From NCBI GenBank assembly GCA_964019335.1, contig OZ025681.1, forward strand, positions 124,001 to 188,000: a stretch of DNA of 64,000 nucleotides. Direction: 5' to 3'. Made by a program: the position numbers and the translations under genes. The DNA is from Diplonema japonicum (lineage: Eukaryota; Protista; Euglenozoa: Diplonemea). The notes under the pieces were generated by a model. It was given only the letters and a program-made list of their open reading frames with translations. It was not told where the DNA came from and did no database searches. This document shows, in pieces, positions 23,595-34,562 of this stretch; positions within the stretch are counted from its first letter, which is position 1, and every line of letters begins with the position of its first letter.

Positions 23595-25055
23595 TATATG
23601 AGTTAAAGGAAGTCTTTGTGAGACGCCCCCTTGTTCTCATGCTCTACCTGCACCTTCAGCAGCGGTTTCTCCTTCTTCGGTGGTCGTGCCGGCCTCCTCC
23701 CCAGCTTGGCTACTTTTCCCTTCTTTCCTTTGCCCATTGCTTCCCCAGCTCCTCCAGGTCGTACTTGGTCTTCGTTGATGCAAAGATTGCTCTTCTACTC
23801 CACCCGATCACCGCCTTCGTCCCTCCGATTGATCGCAGCGTATGTACTCTCTTGCATGGTTCAGCAGGGAAGGCCCTCCTTCCTTTCACCTTCTTCTGCA
23901 GTCTCCCTAGTTCCCATGTGTTCCACACCTTCTTCATCACCGTGTGCAGTCTCCTGGCCTTCTGTCGCACCTCTGCCAACTCCCCTAGCTTCCCTCCTCT
24001 GGGTCACGTTTTCGAAATCCAGCGCCAGCTCCACCGTCGACACTGCCGTGCTTCTGTTCCCTCCATACCAGCGCAGCTGCTTGAGCCATTTCAGCACCGG
24101 TTTCGTGTACTCCTTCAGGGTGTTGCCGGTCTGCAGCCTCGCGAACTCCTCCTCTGTTGGTGCTGGGTGTGCCTCCGTGATCTCCAGCCATTGGTGTGTC
24201 CGGTAGATCTGCTGCCTCTTTGCCTGCAAGGCTGCGTCGCGTTCCCCCACCACAGCCAGCAGGTAACGCTGGGTCTTCTCGAGCCTGTCCTTGTCCTCCT
24301 TGGCCGCTTCCCTCGGGAGGATGCCATGGAACCTCATGCATGGTTCTAGGCCTGTTCGTGTCGTGCCTGCATGTGCCTCCCGTTGCCCTACTTCGACAGC
24401 CAGTTCGCACTCCCACAGTGCATGCTCCAGGATGTTGGATACCTGTTGCATCTGACCGCATACGTCGCAGCGTGCCGTTGCGGGTTCGTCCTGCTGCCTC
24501 TGCTCCGCCAGCAGCATGCGCTCCAGCTCCGCGACTTCCCCTTCTCCTCCCGCCTCTCTTTCTTCTTCGTCTTCTGAGCGTCTCGGGAATCTTCTTCGTC
24601 CACCTCCTCCTCCGTCGGTGGGATGTGTGCCACTGCGTCCGTCCGCCATCCCCGTGGGTGGATGTAGAAAACCGCGCCTGTGATCACCCTGCGTAGGTTC
24701 CTTGCTGCTATGGGGTCCGACGACGCCAGCTTCCCCATAGCTCGTTTGTCTCGACAGCGGCTGCCGTCGCCATTCCTTTCATGGTGCTCCGTTTTCCCAT
24801 GATGGCCTCCGCTTCACCACGCCTGAGCTTGTCTCTGATGTAGTGTCGGAACGCTCCTTCTCCATGGCCATGGTGTCCTTCAGCTGGTCCCAGGTTGCTT
24901 GCACCATGGGTAGCCACCTCTGCTTCAGGTTTCCCACCAGGCCCAGCGCCTTCTTCCCTTCCCGGTACAACTTTGCGATGTCGTTGCAGCGTGCCCACAG
25001 TTGGTCGTCCTTCCTGCATTCCCTGTACATGAGCATCAGTGCTTTGTAGGCTGCT
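23595..25055 (-). mobile_element. 5'-truncated, frameshifted copy of LINE family 2 (ORF2 C-terminus, related to family 1)
   Basis: Fragments LRRVITG, CDVC..LEHALWEC, HGILPR, LKWLKQLRW, VSTVELALDFE and IGWSRRAIF parallel family 1 ORF2. A runs on both flanks (+ strand). Confidence 0.85.
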
Positions 25056-25364
25056 AAAAAAGAAAACGTGTAAACATCGTGGTACTAAAATAAAACACTT
25101 GTGCTTCCCAAAAAGAAAAGAGTTTTATTTTGGAGTTGGAGGCCCGCACCAGCTGCTGAAGCGCGAAAAAAGTAATTCAAAAAAGTGTTCTTTCTGCTTC
25201 TGCGAGGGCTTCCCTTTCTTCTTGCCACTTCTTGCCCCAAACTCTTCTTCGCACCTATGGTTCTGAGCGCGTAGTTCTTATGGGTGTGTCTCACCCTTCT
25301 TGGATAGGAGGCCGTGGAAACTCCGTGCCTTTGGAAAAAAAAAAAAAAGAAAAAAAAAAAGAAA

Positions 25365-25399
25365 TTCACCACAGGAAACGAAGTGGGTAGCTACTGCCC
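25365..25399 (-). repeat. Diverged copy of the 39-nt dispersed motif
   Basis: TTCACCACAGGAAACGAAGTGGGTAGCTACTGCCC on + strand, after an A tract. Confidence 0.65.
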
Positions 25400-26360
25400 A
25401 CCACAGTGGGCGCGCCTTTTATGATGCTGGGAGGACTCTTTGAGCTCCAAACAGATCGGGCCACTTTTCATTCCTGTCATCAGACCGTCGACTCTGCTTC
25501 TTCTTTCTTTTTTTCTTTTTTCTTTTTTCTTTTTTTTGCCACACCTCCAAGAAAAATAAAAAGAAAGAAAAACTAGAGCCCGTTATGCAAAAAGGGGGGG
25601 GACAACGTTATGCAGGAAAAGGGGAGGGAAAAAAAAAAAAAAACAAAACAAAACAAAAAAAGAAAGTCGAAAAGCAGTCTTTTTTTTTTTTCTTTTTTAA
25701 ATTACCCTTCCCCTCCCCCGTGTTTCCCCCCCTTTCTTTTTTTCTCCCTTTTTTTTTCTTCCTTTTCTTTTTCCAGTACCAATAATCTTCACATCTGGGA
25801 GAAGATGGTCACCTCTTGCAGCCATTCTTTCTTGCTCCTTCAGTCCCCGTTGGCCCTGATGCGAACAGTCTATCACAGCAGAGGGGTGGGTCAGAGGGGT
25901 GGGTCCACCTGTCTTTGGTGAAAAAGAGGGGGAGGGGGGGGGGGGAGGGGAAGGAAATACAAAGACAGAACAGAAAAAAAAAAAGATTTCTTTGACAAAG
26001 CCATTCTGGCGATAGCCCTATACGGCGGCCAGAAGAAAAAAAAAAGAAGAAAAAAAAAGGAAGGAATATTTTTTATTAACTCCTAACTGCTTACAAGTAC
26101 CCCCTTTTTTTTATCCTATTCCCTCTATGCGAGAGAGACAAGAGCGAGAGAAAAGAGAGAGAAGAACAAGGAGAAGAAGGAGAGAGAAAAGAAAAAAAAT
26201 AGAGAGAGAGAAAAAAAAAAGAGTGAAGAGTAGAATCATCTGCTTCTTATTTTGTTATTTCTTTTTTCCTTTTTTTTGCTTTTCTTTTTCTTTTTTTAAA
26301 GCCACCCCCCACCTCCCCCCTCCAATTTTTTTAAATCTTTCTTTTTTTTTAATTGTTACC

Positions 26361-27955
26361 TCACGCCTGCGCAAACTGCTCATGCTGATAGTGGTGGATT
26401 TGTGGCATATGTTGCAAATTCAGTTCTTGTGCTTTCAGGCTATCCATAATAGGCTGCTGAAAGGGAACATTAGGACTGCCTAGAAACTGCCCACGCTTGT
26501 TATACATGTGAAAGGTGCCTGGAACAGAAGCTGGAGTTGAAGTGGCACTGCTGGAACTATCATAAGGAATCGCGCCATAAGCACCGCCATAGCTGGGCGA
26601 CAGGTGCGTGAGCTGCGAGGTTGGGGGCGATGCACTCCCCAAGCTGTTGTGGGGGGAGTGCGTGTTCCCGTTGTTCTTCTTGTTCTTCTTTTTGCCCTTG
26701 CCCTTGGGAACCTTCTGTGCCTTGTCTGTCTTTTCACCGTCCAGCTTCTTGTTCCACTGCTCAAGCTCCTCCTCCGTAGCGTGCTCCCTCAACTTCACAT
26801 TGCTTTCCGACGTCAGGATAAACCTATCACAAGTCTTCACCAACATCCTCAAGGAATGGTTTGAATCCGCGACGGCTAGGAATTTATTCGTGGTGCGCTC
26901 CCTGAACGCCATCATAAGGCTCTTCACCGTCAAGGGTCCCTCCCGTACTATTGCCTCTGCCTCGTCCAATGCGTCTGCTACAAGTTCCTTTCTCCATTTG
27001 GCGTTCTTGGCATCGCGTTCCATGCAGAGCTCGAAGGTGACGTCCTCGAAGCGTAGCCTGCCTTCATGCTCATCGCAATGCGTGAGGCCGTGGGTGGCGA
27101 TCTCCTCTGCTGAGTAGTAGAAGTACGTGAACTTGTTGCTGTTTGCTTTGACGAACTTGTGGAAGGAGCCCGAGTACTTCTTCTTAACGATCTCCTCGTT
27201 CAGCTTCTCGTGGTTGTTCCTCAGGTAGTCCTGCAGCTTCACCATCGAGAGTGAGCCTTCGTGGAGGTTGTACAGCGGGCTCATCAGCCGTTCCTCCAGC
27301 CCTGATAGTAAACGCCTCTCGTCGCTCTCCAGCGGCATTTGTACAGGCGGTGTCACATTGGTGACTGCTTGTGCCTGCTGCTGAAGGCTGACTTGGTCTG
27401 CAACATGAGCCAGCTGCATGCCCCTGTTGAAAACGTGCTGCTGCATCTGGTTGATCCTCATCTGGTTCTCTGCAAGCTGTTCGCTTGTCACCGAGCTCTG
27501 AGCTTGCATCTCAAGCTGGTGCCTCATGAGCAACCCTTCCTGCTGCTGCTGGTGTTTGTATTGCTGGCCTTGCAGGTATGTTTGCTGATGGGTATTTGTT
27601 CTTATCTTTTTTTATTTATTATTTTCTTTCATACCACTGGAGACTGAGCACAGATCTGCACGTTATCGCAATTGAAAGGCGATGCTTGGTTTGTGTAGTG
27701 GTCGTCATCCACGCAGGGCGCTGGAAAGGGTATCCTGTCGTCCCTGTTGCGTGCTGTTGCTACACCCCTGAACGGCTCTGGAGTGAGCACCTGGTGACTG
27801 GGTGTGGGAACGGTATAGGCAGGGCTCGGCAACGCGCAGCTCAGGGCCGCAGGTGAGAAGGCACCTAGCTGCGCCATCACAGTCCCCGCAATGTCCACGG
27901 TAAGCGTGCTTTCCCTTCGCACCCTCATGGTGCTGCCATCGTCGTTTTGATTCAT
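26361..27955 (-). CDS. Gln-rich protein with possible LOTUS/OST-HTH-like winged-helix domains; 514 aa, 2 exons (intron 27585-27634, 50 nt)
   Basis: A GTATG..CAG intron joins MNQNDD..SPV to QTYLQG..LLMRHQ in frame. LQDYLR..KKYSGSFHKFVK..F resembles an OST-HTH fold; the domain call is tentative. Confidence 0.7.
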
Positions 27956-28139
27956 TTCTTTTTTTTTTTTTTTTTTTTTTTTTTTTGTATGTGTGTTGTG
28001 TAACGCGAAAAAAAAAAAGGGCAACCTTTGTGTAAGGGGGTACGCCGTCATTCGGGTCTCGGAGGGATAAAAAAAAAATCTTCGTGGGCCGTTTGCTTTC
28101 GTCCTATTTTATTGCTTTCTTTCTTTAGATGGACACAAA

Positions 28140-28175
<36 letters not shown>

Positions 28176-28573
28176 ATCAGCAAAATAATATAGTATAACC
28201 TGTAGTTTTCTGGTTTTTTCGCTCGTGCAGAAGTGGCAAAGAATACAAGTTATCATTTCAAAAATGTTGCACTTCTGGAAAAAAGAAAAATCAAAAAAGA
28301 AAAGTAACGTTGCGATACAGGAGACGTATACTATGTTAAAAAAAAGTAAATAAGGGAGAAGAAAAAAAGGGAGGAGAAAAGGTAGCTGCTCAAAGCCACA
28401 GAAAAAAAAAAAGATTTATTTTGTTGGCCGTCCTTTCAGGGAGAGCCCTTCGGGGAAAGAAAAGGAGTAAAAGAGTGGGCGAGACAAGAACTGAATAAAG
28501 GGGGAAAAGAAAGTGAAGGTGAAACATTTAAGGGTCCTTGCGGTATGTGGCAGGACGCCTAATAATAATATAA

Positions 28574-30196
28574 CCCCTAAACGCCCGCGCGGACGTTTTT
28601 GTCCTTATTTCAAAATTTGCTTTTTCGCTAAGTACTTTTTTTTGAACACGGCCCCTGGACTTCAAAATATGGCATTGTTGCGCGGTTTATTTTGTCTTGG
28701 AACTACATTTTGCGTTAAAAGTTTTGTTTTAATTGAAACCGGCAGGGTTGGCCTAAAATGAAATCAGATGGTCAAAATAGCAGCGAAAACGTGAGTCTCC
28801 CCCGACTGGTCAGAAAAAGAAGAAAAAGACGATGAGGCGGTCAAAGAGGGGCCGGAAACGATGCTTGGGTGGGAGAAATACTCGCGGAATCTGAATCTTT
28901 CCATCCCAGAGTACAAAATTTGGCTTGGGTTGGTCCTGTTAATGGGTTTACGCTCGGCACCGAACATGAAGAGCTACTGGACAACAAATTCTATTTTAAC
29001 CATCCCGGCTTTTGAGAAAATGAGCAAACCGATTCGTTGACATACAGCGCTACCTCACCTTTGACAACCTGGAAAACATTTGGAAGGCCTGAAACTGCTC
29101 CTCATGCAGGTTTCTTGACATCATTGTCAACCGGTGTAGGACTGTGCGGACCCCTGGCAAGTGGTTGTCTGTTGACGACAGTGTTATCCCGACAACAATA
29201 AAAGTCATGGCACCACGAAAAAGCAACTCGGTGGGCATCAAGGTAATCGCTACATGCGACTCATAAAACTGTTACCTGGCGAATTTCAACATTTTCGGCA
29301 AGAAGTCCACAACACAGGACCTAGTCATGCGTACTGTCGACTCCTAAGGGTTTGCTGTCGACCCCTGACCTGCAAGACCAGCTCCAGGGGACTGGAGTTC
29401 GGCATATGAAAACCCGGAAGTGGACAATGGTCGTTTTTTATTGGGTCCTGGAAAGCTGTGTTGACAACCCCTCCATAATCTGGAAGAAGAGCAGGGAATG
29501 TGGCAAAAATTATGGCTTCCCAAGCTTCAAAGAAGAACTTGTTGGCAAGCTTCTCACCCATGCCCCAAAAACCGATAGCACACACCCCCCGACAACACCG
29601 TCACCGACCCCCAAGCGCAAACACGCTAGCAATGAGGATTCCCTCACTCAGAAATACCCAAAACGTCTCGATTTGACCCTAAATCACACCTCCGAGACCA
29701 TGATGAACGGAACGAAGGTGAGGAGGGTGCTCTATGCTGTTCCTGGGTGCGGGAAGAAGGTGCAAACGTGGTGCCCTGTTGCAAAACCCCCTTATGCAAA
29801 ACGTGTTTTTTACCCTTGCATGCTACCCCAGCTGGAAAAAAAACTCACAAGTTGCTTTTTTCATCCCACAGCCCCAAAAGGTCTCCAGACTGACCTCAAT
29901 CTTAGAGTTCAGGGCACCAAATAGGGCTGAATGCTGCCCTTTTTAGCCCAGCCATAACTCCACGGACCCCCCACGACAAGACCCCCCAAAATCGGACATA
30001 AAAAGTACACCTTCAATCCCCCTCTTACACACATAGTTAAGTGTTCTCATCTGAATCTGGCACCTGGAATTGAAAATTTTAGTACCGTTTACCCTTTCCT
30101 TGCACCTTCCTATGGTTGCATGCTGCCCTTTTTTGAGTATTTAAAGCAACAACGAAAATGGGGGGGTACCGTAGATAGGCTCCGGGCGTTTAGGGG
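28574..30196 (+). mobile_element. piggyBac-family transposon relic with a degraded, internally deleted transposase
   Basis: Perfect 14-bp TIR CCCCTAAACGCCCG with ATAA directly repeated on both flanks. Remnants EYKIWLGLVLLMG..YW, PGKWLSVDDSVI, GIKVIATCDS, KTRKWTMVVFYWVL. Confidence 0.9.
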
Positions 30197-30323
30197 ATAA
30201 CTAAAAAAAACGAGAGGAAAAAAAAAAAAAAACTCTGTCCGTTTTTGGAACGTGCTGACTGGGAATCGTTCTTTCTTTTTTCGTTCTTTCTTTCTCTTCG
30301 ATTTCACCGCAAAAGAGAGGAGG

Positions 30324-30356
<33 letters not shown>

Positions 30357-30952
30357 AAGAAAAAAAAAATCGGCAGCAGAAGAAAGGTGTGGCATGTCAA
30401 TTCTTTTGGTTTGTTTCGGCAAAAGTCGGATAAACACAACTGTAGCTACTATTGTGAGTTTACTCCCCATCATAGTTTTTCCATCCAAAAAAAAAAAAAG
30501 AAAAAAAAGAAATCGATAAAATCTCACCGTTCTGCGGTTGCTGTCTGGTGCCTGCGGTGGCTGTTTGTCGCGATGAGATGGACGGCATCTGGGCGAGAAA
30601 CACTACACGGAGTCGTGCTAGGTAGGAGCGGTTTGGCTCGAGGAGGAGAGTAGTCTCCTGTCCTAGCCGTGTGCCGTCGGGCCCCCAAGATTCAATTTCA
30701 ACTTTCGAAAAAAAAAAACCCCCCTTTCGGGTCCTACCTTCGGGTCAAGCCCTTATGGTGGAGCCAGAGGGAACGACGGGAAACGATAGGAAAACCTTTT
30801 TTTCCCCCCCTTCCTTGTCCGCATGTTTTCGTTTCAAAAACACAAAAATCTCTATGATTCACCAGGGTGCAACAACTCCCTTGGGAGACCTCAAAAAAGA
30901 AAAAAAGAAGAAAAACTAACCATAAAAAAAAAAAAAAAAAAAAAAAAGAAAA

Positions 30953-30986
30953 TTACTATGATAGGGAAACGAAGTGGTTAGCAACG
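30953..30986 (-). repeat. Copy of the 39-nt dispersed motif
   Basis: TTACTATGATAGGGAAACGAAGTGGTTAGCAACG on + strand, after an A tract. Confidence 0.85.
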
Positions 30987-31196
30987 AGGGGCTACGTAGA
31001 AAAAGAGTCGGTTTGTGCACAGCTGGGGTTCACCTGTAGAAGGATAAGCCCAACAATGCTACCACTACTCTTTTTAGCTATAACAATTCATTGTCAATAT
31101 ATTGTTTTTCTTGTTCAAGCAAAAAAAAAACTTTCACGAATCGTCTTACAATAAACTAGAAAAAGAAAAAGACGAAAAAAGGAGAAAGAAAAAAGA

Positions 31197-31305
31197 GGAA
31201 CTGCGGCCGTTGTTCCGGGTAAAACCTGGAGAAGTCTTGTCAAACCCGAAACACGTTGCCAACGTTCCCCTTTTGTTTAGACAAGTCAAAGACTCATTAC
31301 TAGCA
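31197..31305. repeat. About 110-bp dispersed repeat (other copies or fragments near 1868-1906, 11046-11135, 20335-20368, 23449-23556, 55396-55482)
   Basis: Shared GGCCGTTG..CTGGAGAAGT.TTGTCAA(A)CCCGAAACACGTTGCCAACGTTC and GACAAGTCA..GACTC blocks, all in the same orientation. Confidence 0.7.
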
Positions 31306-31340
31306 AAAAAAAAAAAAAAAAAAAAAAAAAAGGCTTTTTG

Positions 31341-31388
31341 AATTTTTTTGAACTTTTTTGAACTTTTTGAACTTTTTTGAACTTTTTG
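31341..31388. repeat. Short tandem repeat of about 10 bp (AACTTTTTTG) x5
   Basis: Read directly from the sequence. Confidence 0.8.
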
Positions 31389-31439
31389 TTTTTTTTTTTT
31401 TTCGAAGAGACAGCCTCATTCAAGTAAACTCTAACAAAA

Positions 31440-31831
31440 CTCAAAGTACAGGACAAGCCCCCCGCTAGAGGGCCGCCCTATGGGAGGGGGGAGGGGTCTA
31501 TCTGTTAATACTCCCCTTCTGGAACATTACTTTCATCCCGATCGAGGCCGTGAGCGTCTTGCGGAGTGATGCGGTCCCGCTTGTAGGCAGCTTTCAATTC
31601 CATCAGCTTGTCATGCGTGGGGCGGAGTGGGTGGCGAAAATGGGCCTCCTGGAGAAAAGCCAATAGCTGCCTTACCTCCAATGGCGATGAGGGACTTCAC
31701 TCTTTTCTGTTCGTCCACTGGGAAGGGGCGTCGCTTCTTCCGTGCCTGCATTCTGCGTTTATTTTTACAATGAGGGCCTTGATTCTGCGTGCCCTATCTT
31801 CCAGCAGGCCTCTCAATGATTTACCGATCGT
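31440..31831 (-). mobile_element. Older degenerate 3' fragment of LINE family 1, just downstream of the kinase stop codon
   Basis: Same terminus CTCAAAGTACAGGACAAGCCCCCCGCTAGAGGG as 472 and 47208, with indels. Confidence 0.9.
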
Positions 31832-31876
31832 AAGTCCATGGCCAGCGAGGTGGTGTCCAAACATAAAAAAAACTTT

Positions 31877-33736
31877 TCAAACCCTGACCAATGCTGCGAG
31901 GCTCTCCAAGCACGAAGTGGCTTCAAGATAATCAGCCTTGGCGTCCTTGCTGTCCTCAATGAGAAAGGTTTGCAGCACATAGCACAGCCCCTCTTCACAC
32001 CGCGCCGCTTCAATGAAACAAAAAATAGGATGCCGGACGCACACCTGCCCGCACACCAACATTGTCGAAGCAGAAGAAACCGCAGAAGACAGAACACTAC
32101 TAAGCCCCGACGAGAAATATCCCCACTGTGCACCATATAAAACGGTAAAGGTGAAGACAGAAGAGTTGATGGAAACGCAAAACTGCATAGGCGAATCAAT
32201 CCCAAGGAAGAGAAGCTGGTCGTAGTTTACGAGATGCAGAAGCTGTTTGGGATGGCGGACGGTTACCCACGTATGGGGCTTACTCGGTCTCTTCACAGTC
32301 TGTTTTAAAATGACATCGAAGAGAGATGCGCGTTCTTGAGTAGCTGTATAACACGCTGCCTTGATCTCAAATTTGTTTTCCGCAGCACTGAATAATTCAG
32401 AGAGGAATCTTGGAAAGCAACCCTCGAGCATCGTGCTTGTCTCGTTGCACCCGGTCATTGATGAATGGGTGATTGAAACGATTTTGCCCTTCCCGGCGAG
32501 GAACGACCGCAACGCGGGCAGCCAGATCCTCGAATACAAATCCTGTTGCTTTGTCTGCGAATCGAAAAAAACGTCCAGTTTGAACTTTCTTTCTGTCTCG
32601 CCGTTTTGTTTTATCGACACCAGCCCGCTTGCGTCGCCGGTAACCTTCACAGAACCCTCCGTTGGTACCCTTATGCTTCTGTTAAACGGCGATTGATACT
32701 CAATCACTGGTTCCTTCGCGTAATGATGTGCTGAGATGTACACCCCTGACAATGAACCGTGTTGGTTAGAAACGTCGTGTGCTGGAAGGACCTTTTCCAT
32801 GGTTTCGTGTTGCAGCAACGCGCCTGTCGGTTCATCGTAAAAATTGCTGGCGTCCTCCGAGTTGTAGAAAACAGATTCTGAACCCGACAGTGCTGGATGC
32901 GCCATGAGGTCGTCGCATGTCCACCTGCTACCTGGAACTATCTCCAAACACTTTTCCACGAAATCTGTGAAAAGCTTGTTCTTGGTCCTGCAAAATGTCT
33001 CGGACACAGCTTCAAGCCTACCCAGCTTCACCGCGAGCATCATGGTATTATCAATCCTTCCGCCGAGTTCCACGACCCACGGGTTCTGCCCTTCCGACAG
33101 CTCATATATTGTTATGCCCAAACTCCATATATCTGATGCTGGTTCTGGAAACCCCCTGACCGCCTCGGGCGAGGAATAAAGCGGCGTTCCTTTGTACTCC
33201 ATGGCGGTGCGCTCATGGTAGAGCGATGAGGTACCGAAATCTACGATTTTGACAACCCCAGATGAGTTCACCAGAATGTTTGCAGGTTTGAGGTCAAGGT
33301 GTATCACATTGGAACTGTGAAGGTATGACAGCCCGGAGAGAATCTGATACGTGTAGTTTGATAGGAGTTGCAGTGGGATAGAGGTGAATTGCGATCTTAG
33401 GGATTGTAACGAGCCGCCTTCTACGAGCTCGAGGTACAGTGTGAGCTCTTGCGTCCTTTCGCGATAAGCGTAGTCGTGGAGGCGAACGATGTTCTCGTGG
33501 TTAAGGAGGCGGAGCAGTGCCAGCTCTTCGCACGCGGCGCCTTTCAGGAACTGGTCTTTCATTTCTTTTATCGCTACAAAGCTTCCCGTTAGGAGGTCTA
33601 TCCCCGAGTACACTTCACCAAACCCGCCTTCTCCTATCTTCTTCCCTCGTCTGTATCTGCCACCCCTTAGTATACGTTTCTGTCTTACCGACTCCCTGCT
33701 TGAGCTGTATTGTGAAGATAGGTCCTGGGACACCAT
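31877..33736 (-). CDS. STE/MEKK-like Ser/Thr kinase with a C-terminal degenerate kinesin-motor-like domain
   Basis: GEGGFG, VAIK, HLDLKPAN, DFG, GTPLYSSPE, SDIWSLG. C-terminal RKFKLDVFFDSQTKQQDLYSRIWLPALRSFLAG resembles the start of a kinesin motor. Confidence 0.85.
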   Translation of the reverse strand: MVSQDLSSQYSSSRESVRQKRILRGGRYRRGKKIGEGGFGEVYSGIDLLTGSFVAIKEMKDQFLKGAACEELALLRLLNHENIVRLHDYAYRERTQELTLYLELVEGGSLQSLRSQFTSIPLQLLSNYTYQILSGLSYLHSSNVIHLDLKPANILVNSSGVVKIVDFGTSSLYHERTAMEYKGTPLYSSPEAVRGFPEPASDIWSLGITIYELSEGQNPWVVELGGRIDNTMMLAVKLGRLEAVSETFCRTKNKLFTDFVEKCLEIVPGSRWTCDDLMAHPALSGSESVFYNSEDASNFYDEPTGALLQHETMEKVLPAHDVSNQHGSLSGVYISAHHYAKEPVIEYQSPFNRSIRVPTEGSVKVTGDASGLVSIKQNGETERKFKLDVFFDSQTKQQDLYSRIWLPALRSFLAGKGKIVSITHSSMTGCNETSTMLEGCFPRFLSELFSAAENKFEIKAACYTATQERASLFDVILKQTVKRPSKPHTWVTVRHPKQLLHLVNYDQLLFLGIDSPMQFCVSINSSVFTFTVLYGAQWGYFSSGLSSVLSSAVSSASTMLVCGQVCVRHPIFCFIEAARCEEGLCYVLQTFLIEDSKDAKADYLEATSCLESLAALVRV

Positions 33737-34562
33737 GGTGGTCTTTTCTCTCCCCCCCCCCCCCCTATAGGAGTCAGGTATCAGAGAGTGAGGGTATTTT
33801 TTTTTTTGTTAACGTTTTAATAGTAATGGTTAAGGTGTGTGAAAAGAGTTCTACGTGCACCCTTTTTTTTTTTTTTTTTTTTTTTTCCTTTTTTCTTTTT
33901 CGCAAATAAAAAGGCAGTTGGGGATTTGTGTTGATGCTGTTTTCTTTTTTTTTTTTTTTTCCATTTTTCTTTTTTTTTAAAACCTTTTCATCAAAAAAAA
34001 AACAAAAACAAAACAAAAGAGGTCGTACTTGGCCTTTTTTGTGTTTTCGACAAAGTCTAAAAGATTCGGTTAAAGAGGGAAAAAAAAAAAAAAAAAAATA
34101 GAGAGTCGAATTACTTATTCTCCTTGGTTCGACACTGTCCTCCCGCCAGGTGATGCTTTGGTTCTTTCGTATACGTTATTAAAAAAAGGGGGGGGGGGGT
34201 GGAGAACATATTGTGAGATGAGATTAACAAAGAAAAAGAAACAAACGAACAAAAAAAAATATAAGAGGTGGAAGAAGAAATCCCCGATTTGGGCGACGCC
34301 CGCACTTCCCTTCGGCGGCTTCGGTCTTTCTTTCTTCTGTCACTATAACCACCGAGAACCGCCAAACGAGTAATGACCACGTTGTCTTTAGTGGGCTTTT
34401 TTTTCCTTTTTTTCTTTTTATCTTTTCTTTTCTTTCTTTTTTTTTTTATGTATGTACGTACAAATGAGTGCCCCCCCCCCCCCCCCCCCCACGATTGGAA
34501 GAACAAAAAGAGAAAAGAAAAAAAAAAACGTTTGCACGAAAAAGAGAAAGCACAAAAGAATA

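Noticed and set aside
25790-25915. Possible extra exon downstream of the 26361 gene
   Set aside because: It has an acceptor-like CAG but no convincing in-frame join; cannot be supported without RNA data.
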